Shown here: positions 28,495-41,673 of the stretch, in pieces | Numbering within the stretch: the stretch's first letter is position 1 | How the letters are laid out: the number at the start of each line of letters is the position of its first letter | Assembly: GCF_036588685.1 (NCBI RefSeq) | Contig: NC_086377.1 | Coordinates: 47,430,001 to 47,494,000 of the forward strand | DNA length: 64,000 bases | Origin: Mytilus trossulus | Lineage: Eukaryota | Reading direction: 5' to 3' | Program-made: the position numbers and the translations under genes | The notes under the pieces: model-generated | What the model saw: the letters and a program-made list of their open reading frames with translations, nothing else | Databases searched by the model: none | Told to the model about the DNA's origin: nothing

Positions 28495-31400
28495 GATTCA
28501 AAGCATAATTGTATGTAATGGCATATATTTTTTGTATCATCAATATTTTGTGGGTTAAGTAAACTAATAATGGTTTCCATAACTTTTTCAGGGCACAGAT
28601 CTTGTGAATTAAAATTTATTTATTAAATAGTTGTTTTCTATAATTTTCAAATTTTTTGCAATAAATAAGGAAATGTTTTTCATCTTCTATTTGATTGCAG
28701 TTAGAGCATATTCTGTTTTCTCTCTTAATTTTTGGTCTGAAATATCTACCCTTTTCAATCAAAAGAGGGTGGGAACTAATTCTTAATTTTGTAAGATTTC
28801 TTGTTATATTAGGAGAACATTTATAAGATAGATAATTTTGCAATTTAAATTCTTCTGAATAAATATTGGCATAGAAATGTAATTTATTGTCTTGTTCAAT
28901 TGAATGTAATTTTTCTAGATTATGCAAAGTGTTATTAGAATGTTGGTTATTAATATTTTCCTTTAAGTTCTTTAAATTGAGATTATTGTCTGTTAAATTA
29001 TATTTTTCAATAGAGTTAGAGATAAATTTGTGCCAAGATCTGTGTCCATCAGTATATAATGAATGATCTAATTTATATGTTTCACTAAGCAATCTGTCAG
29101 ATGGAAGCTGTTTAAGTCGATCATAATATTTAAGGGCTAGGGTTAGTATTTGATTCAAAGTAGGTTGTGTTCCTAATTCACACTTCACTGCCATATTTGA
29201 ACTTCTCTTGTGAACTCCTAAAATATTTTTACAAAATTTACTATGATTTTTTTCAAAATGTAATTTATCAATATTTGAGTCTTTTATATTGTAGTCACTA
29301 ATCCATATTTCAGATCCATAAGTACTTATGGGTTTTATAAGAGTATCAAAAAGTTTTAATTTTAGTTTATTATCTATAGTATTGAATCCAAATGTTTTAG
29401 AATGCAGAGAAAAAAGTGCCTTTAAGCTTTGTTTGTATAAGTGTTCTGCAGCATGTTTAAAATTTCCATTAAAGTAAATGATAATACCCAGATATTTATA
29501 TTTCTCAACAATTTCAATTTCTTTGTTATCATAAAAAAAATTAAATTTTTTAAAATCTTTTTTACCTTTACTGAAGATCATAATTTTTGTTTTATTTAAA
29601 TTGACATTTAGCTTCCATCTATCACAGTATGTTTTTAGAGAATTTAAACAGGATTGAAGACCTTCTTTGCTTTCAGATAGTAACAGTAAATCGTCAGCAT
29701 ATAATAAGCAATTCATTCTAGTGTCTATAAGCTGCACCGGAAAACATGATTCTTGGGGGAAAATTGAATCAATGTCATTGACATATATATTAAATAAGAG
29801 GGGGCTTAAGCCATCACCTTGTCGCACACCTTTTCCTAATTTAGATGGCTCAGTAATAGTGTTATCTTTTTTTACAACAAATTTTGCATTATTATACATA
29901 TGGTGAAGTAATTGGAAAAAATGTCCTTTTACTCCCAGTTTTAAAAGTTTTTCAAATAATCCATCATGCCAAATTGAATCAAATGCCTTGGAAAAATCTA
30001 CAAAACAGGCATATATCTGTTTTTTATTTTTAAAGATATATTTGTTTAGTATTGTCTTTATTGTAAATATGTGATCAGTTGTACGGTAATCTGGTCTGAA
30101 TCCAGCTTGAAATTTGTTATATAGATTATGATCATCTAGGTATCCATTAAGTCTAGTTTGTAATAAGGAAGTGAAAAGTTTTCCGAAGCAGCTTGTTAGA
30201 CCTAGGCATCTGTAATTATCACAACAATTAATTTCACCATTTATATGTATAAATGTGGTACATGAGATATTCCAGCAATCTGGAAAAACACCCGATGACA
30301 AAATCCTATTAAATAAATTGACAAAGGAAGGTAATAGCTTATTTTTACCATATTTTATAAATTCGTTAGGAATCAGATCAATGCCTGGTTGTTTATTGTT
30401 TTTTAACTTATGAATACCTTTACGGACCTCTCCACAAGTAAAGGGAAAATCTAGAGGGCCTGTATCTGAAAAATCTTGAGCTGTAGGTATACAATTGGGG
30501 TTTTCATGTTTATCTGCTGCATATAAGTCTTTCATATATTTGTGCCAATCAGAGATACTAATTGGATTAGTTTTAACAGTATTATTTTTTAATTTATCAA
30601 TAGTTTCCCAAAACAATTTTGGAATTATTTTCATGTAGAGTATCAAGTTTTGCAACTAAATCATTGACAAACTTTTGTCTTGCTAATTTCAAAGAATTGT
30701 TATATTCTTTGTGAAGTCTATGAAAATTACTTCGTATATATGCATTATTTGGATACTGTTGCATTTTCTTGCCTAAATTGCGAAGTTCTTTTTTCATAAT
30801 AAAACAATTACCATTATACCAGTTATGCTTCTTTTTCTTTTTGAATAATTTGAATTTAAAAGATTTCTTTGCAGCTTTAATCATGATATTAGTTAAATGT
30901 TCAGTTAAAGTATTAATATCTTTTTCTGGATCATTGACTTGGAGGAGAAAAGATTGAATATCTTTCTCTTCATCATTTTCTAGCAGAGATATGTATTCAT
31001 TTTTTCCATCTTCAACACAAAATTTTCCTGGGATCGGAAAAGTAAAATTGTAATCTTGTTTGGAGTTAATGTTTAGATAATTAAAAGTTTTCAGACTAAA
31101 CCATACAATGCAATGATCTAATAGTTCATTAGGGGGAAGTACATGTAGAAAAGGAAAAATATTTACAATGTCTTCACTGACAATAACATAATCTATATTA
31201 CTTCTACCATTTGGACAAAAATAGGTGAAGTTACCTAGGGAGTCACCCATCGCTCTGCCATTAAGAATTCTCATTTTTGATTCAATACAAAGATCAATAA
31301 TATTTTTGCCTTGTTCATTTACAATTGTATCCATGTTTTGTCTTATGGTTAATGGGTCATCTACAGAGTAGTTTGTTGGAAGATAACTATTATCTATATG

Positions 31401-31904
31401 TGAAATGTGGTCTAGTTCAATATAATCAAACAAATCTCCAGTCCGGGCATTAAAATCTCCCATTAAAACAACTTTCCCTTTTTGGGAGAAGTTGTCTATA
31501 GAGTTTTTCAAATTTTCAAATAAAAAATCATGATCAGGGGAAACTGAAGCCATTCTTGGTTTAATATAAACAGTGCAAATATAAATGTCATGGGGTAAAC
31601 CCAGTTGAGTTTTATTTAATTTTATCCATATATAGTCTTTAGTAGATATAACTTTATCTATGATTTTTAAAGTTGAAAGTTCTTTTTTATAATATACTAT
31701 AATTCCGCCTGATCGTCTACCTCTTTTACCCTTAGCTTTAGTTGCATGAACTGTAATATGTGAGTAGCCAGGCAGAGAAATGTTTGACTCCCCAGATGTC
31801 CAAGATTCTACAATACTAAAGATATCATATTAGTTATCAGCAACAATAGCATTTAATTTTTCAATACGAAACCCATTGATATTCCAGCAGGCTAGATTTA
31901 GCAT
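28495..31904 (-). pseudogene. LINE A ORF2: APE endonuclease, reverse transcriptase and C-terminal Cys/His motif (stop at ~31830, frameshifts at ~30630 and ~28617)
   Basis: MLNLACWNINGF, VESW, GDFNARTG, IDY, DHC; then QAGFR, FVDFSKAFD, GVRQGDGLSP, YADD; then LRISSHPLLIEKGR...C-x-x-C...HF-x-x-x-C. Confidence 0.92.
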
Positions 31905-32253
31905 GATGATAATTATATATGTAAGTGAAAAATACAGGTATATACACTCAATAAACTCAGACTTCAAATACATGTTTGGTCAAATAATTAGATTTTATAC
32001 ATAAGATCTTCAAAAGAAAATATAAGATGCTACTTGCATCATATTTATCTGTGCAGATAGAAAATATTTTTTGTATTAGGTATTTATCTATAACGTTCAT
32101 TACATACATGGTAACTGTAGTAAAAAATTTACAAACAGAATAAGAGAAAAATATAAAACAGTTCAAAAATGATATTTGAGTAATTAATTACCGAGTATCT
32201 CAAAATTTTATATGTACACTATAACATCTATAAACTACAATGTTGTTAACAAA

Positions 32254-34340
32254 TTATATATTCAAAAGCCTCATAATCAGTTCACGGTCTCTGAACCATT
32301 TGGGTTGACTAGATTCTGGAGGGACTAGTGGTCTTTGCTCACGGAAAGCATTCGCATTTGGACGATCATAAAATGAATGTTCAAAGTTAGCTGGCGAAAA
32401 AAGTCTGTTCGGCATGGTATGTTGAGGTGGTAAGTGGTTTTTGCGTGGATGTGTTAATTGATGAATATTTTCAGATTGATTGTAGTTATGGTAGTCTTTT
32501 AGTCCAAGAACTGGATTCATGTGGGATTTTATTCAAAATTTCCACTGATCGATAGGTGTACTCCATCAGTATGATAGTAACGGTGGTTTCTAACATTGAT
32601 GTTGTCGTTTCGGACTAGGGATAGAGAGTTTGAAATTAGGCGTTCGAGCCTTGTGTTCACTATATCTACATCTTGGTTAAAAAGTTCTTCATTGAGACGA
32701 TGAAATAAAGGAAAAACATGAATGTAAGTATTTGGAAATCTGTTGTTGACTAGATTCTTGAGAGTACTGAGGTGTTCTGCTGTGATATCTGGTGATTTAT
32801 TCTGTGAAAGATCATTGCTACCAACCATGACAAGAATGTTTTTGGCTTGAATATCAGTTTGTTCAATATATTCATGGGCACCTTGAATAGTCTTTTTACC
32901 TCTTCGGAGAATGTGTACATTTACTTTTCTGTACCTATAAAGTTTGGATGGATCTAGATCTCTTCCATGAGAGTCGGTTATAATTAATGCGTCTAGCAAT
33001 TTGTGATTAACTATATTTCTGGTCTCTTCTGTATTTTGATCTTCTAATGCACTAAATCTGTTGTGTGTTGACACATTGACTTTCACATTATCACTTACAA
33101 CTGATTTTGATTTATCCTTCTCAGGTGTTGGTTTGACTGTTTTGCATTTTGAGATTGTGTTGGTGACTTGATTTAATTCAAGTTCTAGTTTATTAATAGT
33201 TTCTTTTCTGGTCTCTGAGACAGCTTGTTCTTGTTGAAACTGACCAGTAAGAGTGCTTTGTTCAACTTTCATGCCTAAAATAGTTTGTTCCTGAATTCTT
33301 AATTGTTCCTGAAGATTTGCAATAATTTTGTTTTTTTCAGAGAGGCAGGTCTTTAGTTCTGATATAATATTGTTTTTCTCTGTATTAAAATGTTCTAATG
33401 CTTCAGTGTTTTCTTTCATATGGGGTGGGTTGGTTTTTAATTGCATTACTGTTATTTCACAAAATTGTTTTTGAAGCGCAGAGGTCAATTTAATGATTTT
33501 GTCGTTGAATTTTTCTTGATTTTCAAATTTTTCCCATAGTTTTTTAATTTCCTTATCTGGATTCTTTTTAGTTTTCATTTTTGGGGTGCTTTCAGCTAGG
33601 CAACGATGTAGTTCAGCATTGTCGAGGTCCAGAATATTTTCTTGGGATATTGCTGGTGTGTGAAAAGTGTCAGAAAGAGAATCTGTTTGTGAAACTAACT
33701 TCATAATAGTTACGTCAGAAATTGTCTGTTCTTGGACGTTTATATCGTCAGTTTGTTTTAATTCTTTGAGAGTAGTCTGACTATTATCAAGTGCCGGTTC
33801 GTCTTTATTTTCTTCTATGTTGGAGTGGGTCATGTTTGATACCTCGCTTTTGTTTTCACTATTAAGTTTTCAACTTTTATTTACAAATTGTTTCAAGACT
33901 GGAAATTCATTTGTGCCAAAATATTTGTAATGTGTTCCTTGCACTGTAATTGTTCCTGTGCTTAAATGAATTGTTAATGTGTATATTCTGTGATCTATTT
34001 CTTTACTTCCTTTAATTAGTGCATCAACATCTATTTGTATTTCTTCACGAGTGTCTGATGGTCGTTTATCTGTCCAGTTTATTAAATAATTTGGGTCACT
34101 TCCGAGTTGTTTCCAATATCGGAGCATTAAAGCTTTGATCCATATTAGGAGACGGTTTCCATCTGTTTTGAAACTGTACATTTTAGCAGCATTTCTGTAC
34201 TGATTTGTTTTGATTTCTTCGTAAGGAATGTCTTTGTTTTTCGAAACATGATCAAGGGGAGGTAACTTGATTTCTTGAGCAAAACTCGTTTTGTTAAAGT
34301 TATACGATTCCACGTCGAATAAGCACTTGGGTAATTTCAT
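32254..34340 (-). pseudogene. LINE A ORF1: N-terminal domain, coiled coil and SGNH esterase domain (in-frame stop at 33870-72, 3' frameshift)
   Basis: ORFs 34340-33870 and 33833-32529 share a frame. SGNH blocks ITDSHG, VGSNDL and DGVH are present. Confidence 0.8.
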
Positions 34341-34863
34341 TTTGATGGTTGTATTGTTTCTTCATAAAGTAAAATCGAGAGGTCTTGAGTGCATAATACC
34401 TTGTATTCACTGAAAACTTCGCTTTGCAATTTTCATGGCACCCGCCATTTTTAACCGGAAGTATATGTAATACATGACTATAAATACATATTAAATTGAA
34501 ATTGATGGTGCAAATATTTATGATAGATATATCCTCTTATTTTCGACAAGCATTGTACTGCCGGGTGTAAAAACACGAGACGTGGAAGATTTCAAGGGGA
34601 AAACTCATTTTAACAAGCTTATTGCTAATATTCTTAGTGACAAATTGTTGTGAGAACAAAGGATAATGAGTTAATTGTATTCATGGTTCAATTTATCTCT
34701 TACAACCACCATGCGCGCCGCCTGTCACTAGATAACCCTGCATATTCTGGTAATTAAAGTCCATGTGACACAGGTAGATGAAAATAGCTTTGTCGTTGAA
34801 TTTTGGGTCTTCAATGCTCTTCAACTTTGTATTTGTTTGGCTTTTTAACTGTTTTGATCTGAG

Positions 34864-34905
34864 CGTCACTGATGAGTCTTATGTAGACGAAACACGCGTC
34901 TGGCG
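34864..34905 (+). ncRNA. Minimal type I hammerhead ribozyme in repeat copy (~34798-34940)
   Basis: CGTCA-CTGATGA-GTC-ttatgta-GAC-GAAA-CACGCG-TC-TGGCG. Confidence 0.78.
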
Positions 34906-36867
34906 TATTAAATTATAATCCTGGTACCTTTGATAACTGTTTAGTATTGAACATAGGAATTTAAACCCACATGACACAGGTAGATTGAAAATAGCTTGTC
35001 GTTGCTAAATAATGTAACATGAGGCTTTGAAAATACTACATACGTGTAAAAGAATCAGAGGATTTATAAATAAAAGTGGCTTTCAACCTCTCAAAATCTC
35101 TACATGATAAGCAGAAAAAAGTGAAATCACAAAAATACTGAACACAGAGGAAAATCAATTAGGAATGTCCATAATCACATGGCAAAATCAAATAACTAAA
35201 CGCTTAAAAAACGAATGGATAATAACTGTCATATTCCTGACTTGGTACAGGCATTTTCAAATGTAGATAATCGGGATTAAACCTGGTTCTAAAGCGCTAA
35301 CCCTCTCACTTTAATGACAGTCTCGTCAAATTCCGTTATATTTACATAGTGCGTTAAATAAACAGTCACAATTAATAAAGTAATCAAAATATGGGTACAT
35401 CAGTCATCATCGTATAATAATTTTAAAAGGGGACAATTTAACCGAACACAAAAACATCTTCTATCTACGAACACATAAATTGATTTGAGTGTCTGACGTC
35501 AGAAAATTTTAAACGTTTGTCGTTCAATGTGCATACAAACAGTTTTAAAATTTACATAGGCAATGTAAGCATACAGGGTTAAAAAATCAAATATATGTAA
35601 GAATAAATTACAGAAATAGACCGATATTAAAACTAGTCAAAAAGTTATAGGTAGAATTTATGAGAACCCAAAAATAGTTAATACCACTACGCGATTGAAT
35701 GATTTTGACGTTTGTGGTTCAACGTATATATGTCGTGTACAAGTTGCAATTTTGTACAGGTTATAAAATGTACAAAAATGTTGTACATGTTATAACTTGT
35801 ATAATGCAAAAATACAAGTTATAACATGTACAAAAGTACCTCATACATGTTATAACCTGTACAAAATATTGCTTAAAAATTGTTTTAACTTGTACAAAAT
35901 TTAATCTTAATGAAGTCAAAAATACATTTAAATTCACCAATGCATAAAGAACAACCATAAATAGGCCAGAACGTGTCTTTTTCTGTAGAGGACAATGTTC
36001 ACAAAATTTCAGAAATAAATGTTTCATGACTTATGCTGGCAAAATATGTTTTTATGTAATTGTATGTTTTATGTGTTCCATCATGTAGCAACAACCACGT
36101 CCGCCAGGTGGCGCTTCCGGTTCTAATTTTGGAATGTCAGTAATGGCGTACTCGCAACCCCTCGCTTCTATTACAGTCTTGTATTGATAAACCTTGACTT
36201 GTATGCTCCGAATGTATGTTTATTTTTATCGACCAATGGATATATTTAGTGTATATATTAAGCTTTGGGGAATTCCATAGCGAAATGTTGAAACACTCGT
36301 TAGGTAAACGTTATCGCATGCATTTACTACTGTTAATTCAAAATATACGCGACCAACAATTCTTTTTCTAAATAGAATTATTATTCATTTAACAACTTCC
36401 ATATTAAAGTTTCAAATATTTTCATGTAAATGTACCGTATTTTTATTTCTTCAGTGGCACCCAAAATTAGGTCAGGAAAGATAACTCCGGACATTCACTA
36501 CCGGAAGTTGATCTACTCGTGTCAAAAACATTGGCAAAACTGTATTGTTTTTCACTTTGTACTCATTATCTAGGACTTGTAAGTGTGTAATTGCAACAAA
36601 TACTGCATTTCTTCATTGAAATAGGACCACAATATATTTGAATGGCTTTAGTCGTCCCAAATTACTTCCAGATAGTCAATATAATCAGTGAAATACCGAT
36701 TTTTGACCAAAAAAAATAATTTTTGTCCAAATTTACTTTTTTATTTAGGCTTTTTCTGGCTAAGTCAGTAAGTGACTTCATCTTTGTTCTAACTCAATTT
36801 CTTACAAATTTTTATTAAATTCTGAATGACACTGTCAGTGCATAATTATATTCTAATGAAAGGGGTT

Positions 36868-37003
36868 AGTCCAAATAATTATGACATCTGGCAAGGCTTT
36901 TTTTCTTCTGGCCAATCTGTGTTGCTCTCCTACGACTGGTCGTAGGAAAGCGACTCAGATAAATAATAAAATAGCCTTGCCAGACGTCATAATTATTTGG
37001 ACA
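36868..37003. mobile_element. Small hairpin MITE
   Basis: GTCCAAATAATTATGACATCTGGCAAGGCT ... AGCCTTGCCAGACGTCATAATTATTTGGAC. Confidence 0.75.
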
Positions 37004-37404
37004 AGGTCCTTACTTCTAAGTTCTAAGAGTAAGACTAGTGCATAATTATATTCTAATCACACTAATCTAATGATAATCCAATGAAGGGGGAACATGGTCC
37101 TTACTAAGTTACTTAGACCTAAGGCTAAGCTCAGTCCCTGTCCAGGACAGGAATATATATATATTAGATTAATTTATAATTCATATTATTATTCATAGTA
37201 CACTCACTACACTGTAGTTTAATTAAATAATTTTACATTAAAAGTTTATAAGTTGTCTTACTTGTAATGTCTTTGAACTATACTAAAGTCTAAACTTAAG
37301 AAACGGCCCATTGATTTCAAATCAAATCCTTTCCCCGCCCCAATAAATATTTAATAGTCATTGCCTTTCTATTGGTTTCAACAGGTTTGGTGGCTATTTG
37401 TTAG

Positions 37405-40400
37405 ATGGACAAATATATTGATAATGATACACAATTTGATTTATTCAATACTGAGCCTGAGGAAGACTCCACACATAACTATATTTTAGAGAATGACAGT
37501 CAGATTGAATTTGATAGTGACTCATATTCTCTCACACAGTACCAGTCACAGTTAGTAAGTACATTACATAAACTATTTTATGGTCCATTCAACAAAGAGG
37601 GGGGGGGGGGGGTGCTGCATTGGCCTTGTCTGTCCGTCTTACTGCCTTTCACAAAATCATGTATAGAGCAACCAATTTTTTTTCTCTGTCAATTTACTTT
37701 ATACCCAATTTATAGTAGATATATCTGGGAAGGGTATAAAAATATATTATTCTCTGTCTAAATGTAGTACACAAAAATGTCCTATATGTCTTTTTTTTAC
37801 AGTTGTCTCCATCAGACAGTGAGGACCATCCTACTGACCATCCTACTGACCATACAGATGAAATCAAAGTTCTGTCTCTAAAAAGAAAATTGCCTGCTGC
37901 TGCATTCAATGTAAATATTATATTTCTGAAATTCATTGATTTAAACCAGTCAATTATTTTTGAAGATATATCTGGGAAGGGCATCACAATATAATTTTCT
38001 GTCTAAATGTAGTACACAAAAATGTCAAATATAAAAATGTTGTGTTTCTCGTTTCTCATGGTTTTTTTTATAGATTAGACCGTTGGTTTTCCTGTTTGAA
38101 TGGTTTTACACTAGTAATTTTGTGGCCCTTTATAACTTGTTGTTCAGTGTGAGCCAAGGCTCAGTGTTGAAGGTTGTACAGTGACCTATAATTGTTTACT
38201 TTTATAAATTGTTATTTGGATGGAGAATTGTCTCATTGGCACTCATACCACATCTTCCTATATCTATATATGTCTTTTTTTCAACAGTTTTCTCTGTCAG
38301 AGAATGACTACAGTGAAGAATTCAGCCCCAATGACTCTGAAAGTACACAGCAAGTTTTGTCACCACTAAAAGGAGAGCTACCTGCTGCAGAAGCATTTTC
38401 ACCATCAATATTAAAGAAAGGTAGATGTACATTTAAATTTCATAAAGCTTGTCAGACTGTTTCCTCTGGGGAGTTTTATACATTCTCCAAATCAGTATAC
38501 ACTGGAGCTGTAGTCACATCTGGAGTTGTAAATGAAAAAGCAACACAAAATCAATAATAGGTGGTAGAATCTTGCTACTGACTTATAACTAAAAATGAAT
38601 GTTCTTGAAAAGAACTCAATAAATGCAGAACTATTGCTAAATAATATAGACGGTTTGTCTACAATACCTGTACACAAATTTACAGTTGAACTTGCTATTA
38701 CGTTATATAATTTTGCAAAAGAAAAGAAAATTGAAATTGGAAGCTGCTTATCACAGTGGATTGCTAAATTATTGAATTTTAATACAAATAACATAAACCT
38801 ACCTGCTTTAATCGCAAAAATTCATAGACATATACAATGTGCAAAAGGAAAGCGAGGAATCAAAAAAGATGAGTTTCTTGCTTCAGTATTTAATATCCCA
38901 ACATGTACAGAACTTCCGGCAACACAAACTTCATGTACGAAAGAAAATATTATATCAAATTTAACCAATGAAATAGATTTAAAGTCTATTCAAATTGTGA
39001 AGACAAATTTAAAATTGAATGTAAAACAAAAATCAATTAAAACTATAAGAAATGATCATAAACTTTTGAAAAGGAAGTATGAACGATTAGTAAAGAAAGA
39101 AAGTGATAAAGGTAAACTTCTGAAATTTGAAAAGAAAGAGGCTGTGGATAGTCAAAGTATTTTAAAAAGACAATTTCAGAAAAAAGATAATGAAGTAAAA
39201 GTTCTACAAAGTAAGCTTGCACGATCAAGAGAACAGAAAGAAAAATATTACAAACTTTATATACAAGCTAATAGATCACATACTCAGTTAAAACAAAGAA
39301 TACAGTCAGATGAAATAAAACTTACCAATTTACAGAAACAAATAGAACAAGATTATGCAAATTTGAATGACATTAAACGTAAATTTCAAGAAAGTGAACA
39401 AAGTTTGCATTATGTGCAAGATCTTTTAAATGATAATTTTGAAATTGAACTATTCGACAAATCATCAAACAAATACACTACAGAAACTGTCAGATGTGTC
39501 ATGAATCTTACTGACTTAAAAGTGCCATCTGAAAAAGTTGGTAAAGTTATAAATGAAGTTTCCAAATTGTATGGTAAAATTCCAAATGCAGTTCCTTCTG
39601 CAACAGCTGTTAACAGAATTGTAGACAGTAAGTTAGCATTATCACACAAACAATTAGACAAAGTACTAGAAGGAAAGGAACATAATACATTATACACAGA
39701 CGAGACTAGAAAGTATGGTAAATGTATACAGACATATGTTTTAACGGACGATACAAAGACATCTTACATTTTAGGATTACGGGAAATGTTTAATAAAAGT
39801 GGGCAATGTACTTTAGAAACATTTAAAGAAATATTAAAGGATATAAACGAACATTGTCATCAATCAGAGAGAAACAAAAATATGCATGCTGGATATCAAA
39901 TATTGGCCAGTATTAGGGATACAATGTCTGACCGGGCATCAACAGAAAAGAATTTTAATAAGTTGTTAGACCAATTTAGAACAGATATTTTACCTGAGGT
40001 TATTGATAACTGGAATGAATTTGATGAAAATCAAAAGACTTTATGCTCAAGGATGAATAATTTTTTTTGTGGCCTCCACTTACTTGTTGGACTTGCAGAC
40101 TCTTGTGAAGAAAGTTAAGAAATTTGAACGATTATTTCTGGATGGCAAAGACATTGGTTCTGCAGAAAAGCCTGAGTTAAAAAGATATCATAGACATGAA
40201 AGCGGTACTTTACGTCTTTTAAGAACAGCATGTAAATCTTTTGCCATTGGAGAAGATGAAAAGAATGGTGTAGCTTCATACTGGAAAACTTATTTAAATG
40301 AAAAGTCTGAAAAGAATCGATTCCTGAGATTTAAACATAACAGGTTCAATCTGGTCTTTGTTCTTGGTAATGCGGTGTACTACCACCATGAGGACATTTC

Positions 40401-41673
40401 AATTTTTTTAGATTCTGTTCATGGCACAAAAAATGATCTTCTCAAGGCTGTTTCATTAGATATAAAGGAGAAACTTTTTCTAGCTGGAGCAAAAGCATTA
40501 GGTTTAATTTCGAAATTTATTACTGGTCCGCTCTGGAGAATTCTTGAAAGTGATATTCACATACTGGATATGAACCATCACTATCAGTCATTAATAGAGT
40601 TTCTTCATAAAGGTGCCACAAATGTAGATGACGTATCTAAATTTGTAATTGGTGAGCATACTCCATTTGACACGTCCGTTGATTTGGAGGACCCACTTTT
40701 TGTACACTTGACTACTGGAAATGAGCCAATTGATGACATTGTCTGTCCTCTTCTCCAAAGTTTATTCCAGACTATGTGTACGCTTCTGAAAAGAATGGTT
40801 GTAGATCACCTTCCTGGGGGTAAGTTCTGGAATCCAACTGAAGGACTCATTAAAGAAAGTAAATCAACTATGACTCATAATAAGCTACCAGAATTTGTGT
40901 TTGGTCAGTTAGATCAACTTTTAAGGTATAGACCAAACTCAACTTTGCTTGCAAACGAAGCCTACCTTTTATATTCACATAACAAAACTGGCCAGTGGTT
41001 AGACAGCTTGAGTGAAGTGGAAAGAAATGTTATGATTGCCAAGTCAAAAAAGGAAGGGGTACAAATAAGGAAAAACTTTCAGCTTAGGTTACTTGAAATT
41101 GAACAGAAACGAAGAGAGGATATGAAAAAAAGACAGGAAGAACTTGAAAAAAAAGAAAGAAATAGGCTTCAAAATGCAGAAAATATAACTAACAATGTAT
41201 GTTATTATGGACTTTGGCAAAGTGGACTTCAAGTTGATGAGGGTTTGGGTAGAATTCCTGTAAATGAACACAGAAAAGCTCTGGAATCCCAATTAAAATT
41301 TCGAAAAAATGTTTTGAAGCAGAAGCATGCAGATAAAAAGATTTTCAATTTTTCAAGGAAAAATGAAAGAGATAAATATGACAAGTTATCGGTAGATGAA
41401 TTGAAGGAAAATGTTCTCACTTTGATTAAAGACACTTTAAAGGAACCTACTACAGAAAGAAACCAACCTAATAGTAATATACCCTTATTTGTTGGAAAGA
41501 AAATTGAACATTTGTTTAGTGATGGTATTAAATATTATGGACATGTTATTTCAGTTGTTCCAGGATTTCCAGACTGGTATAATCTCAAATACCAAGATGA
41601 CGAGGCAATTTATGCGTTCAATTTAGGGAAAGATTATGAGAAGGGGGATGTAAAAATTGTAATATTGCCTTAA
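37405..41673 (+). pseudogene. DDE transposase (hAT/CxxH class) with coiled coil and C-terminal Spin/Ssty Tudor-like domain; small acidic 5' exons, main frames 38595-40118 and 40069-41673, lesions at ~38560-38590 and ~40115
   Basis: TLYTDET (D, 39699), TMSDRA (D, 39930), FCGLH (CxxH), RFN (hAT RW-like) and HNKLPEFVF (E, 40891). C-terminus FVGKKIEHLF...YYGHVI...WYNLKYQDD...IYAFNL-x-x-DYEKGDVKI. Confidence 0.8.

Larger units (their letters stand above)
28346..34461 (-). mobile_element. Full-length, disabled CR1-group (CR1-Zenon/L2-like) LINE A with esterase ORF1
   Basis: TATATGTA duplication (28338-45 and 34462-69). 5' end CTTCCGGTTAAAAATGGCGG; 3' tail AATAAAAACTTGAAAACTTGA; ORF1 plus APE-RT ORF2. 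Confidence 0.9.

Noticed and set aside
27914-34465. AGTATA as the LINE A target duplication
   Set aside because: The longer TATATGTA match at the inner tail and the end point of the second copy fit better.
34525-34620. Fourth exon of the orphan membrane gene beyond the LINE
   Set aside because: Phase does not fit cleanly, and exon 3 already provides TM, stop and poly(A) signal.
40105-40125. Programmed ribosomal frameshift in the transposase
   Set aside because: No clear slippery heptamer or downstream structure. Further lesions at ~38560-38590 point to decay or an assembly indel.
41485-41673. Independent host spindlin gene
   Set aside because: Single Tudor-like repeat, in frame with the transposase and inside the TIRs; no separate start or acceptor is evident.
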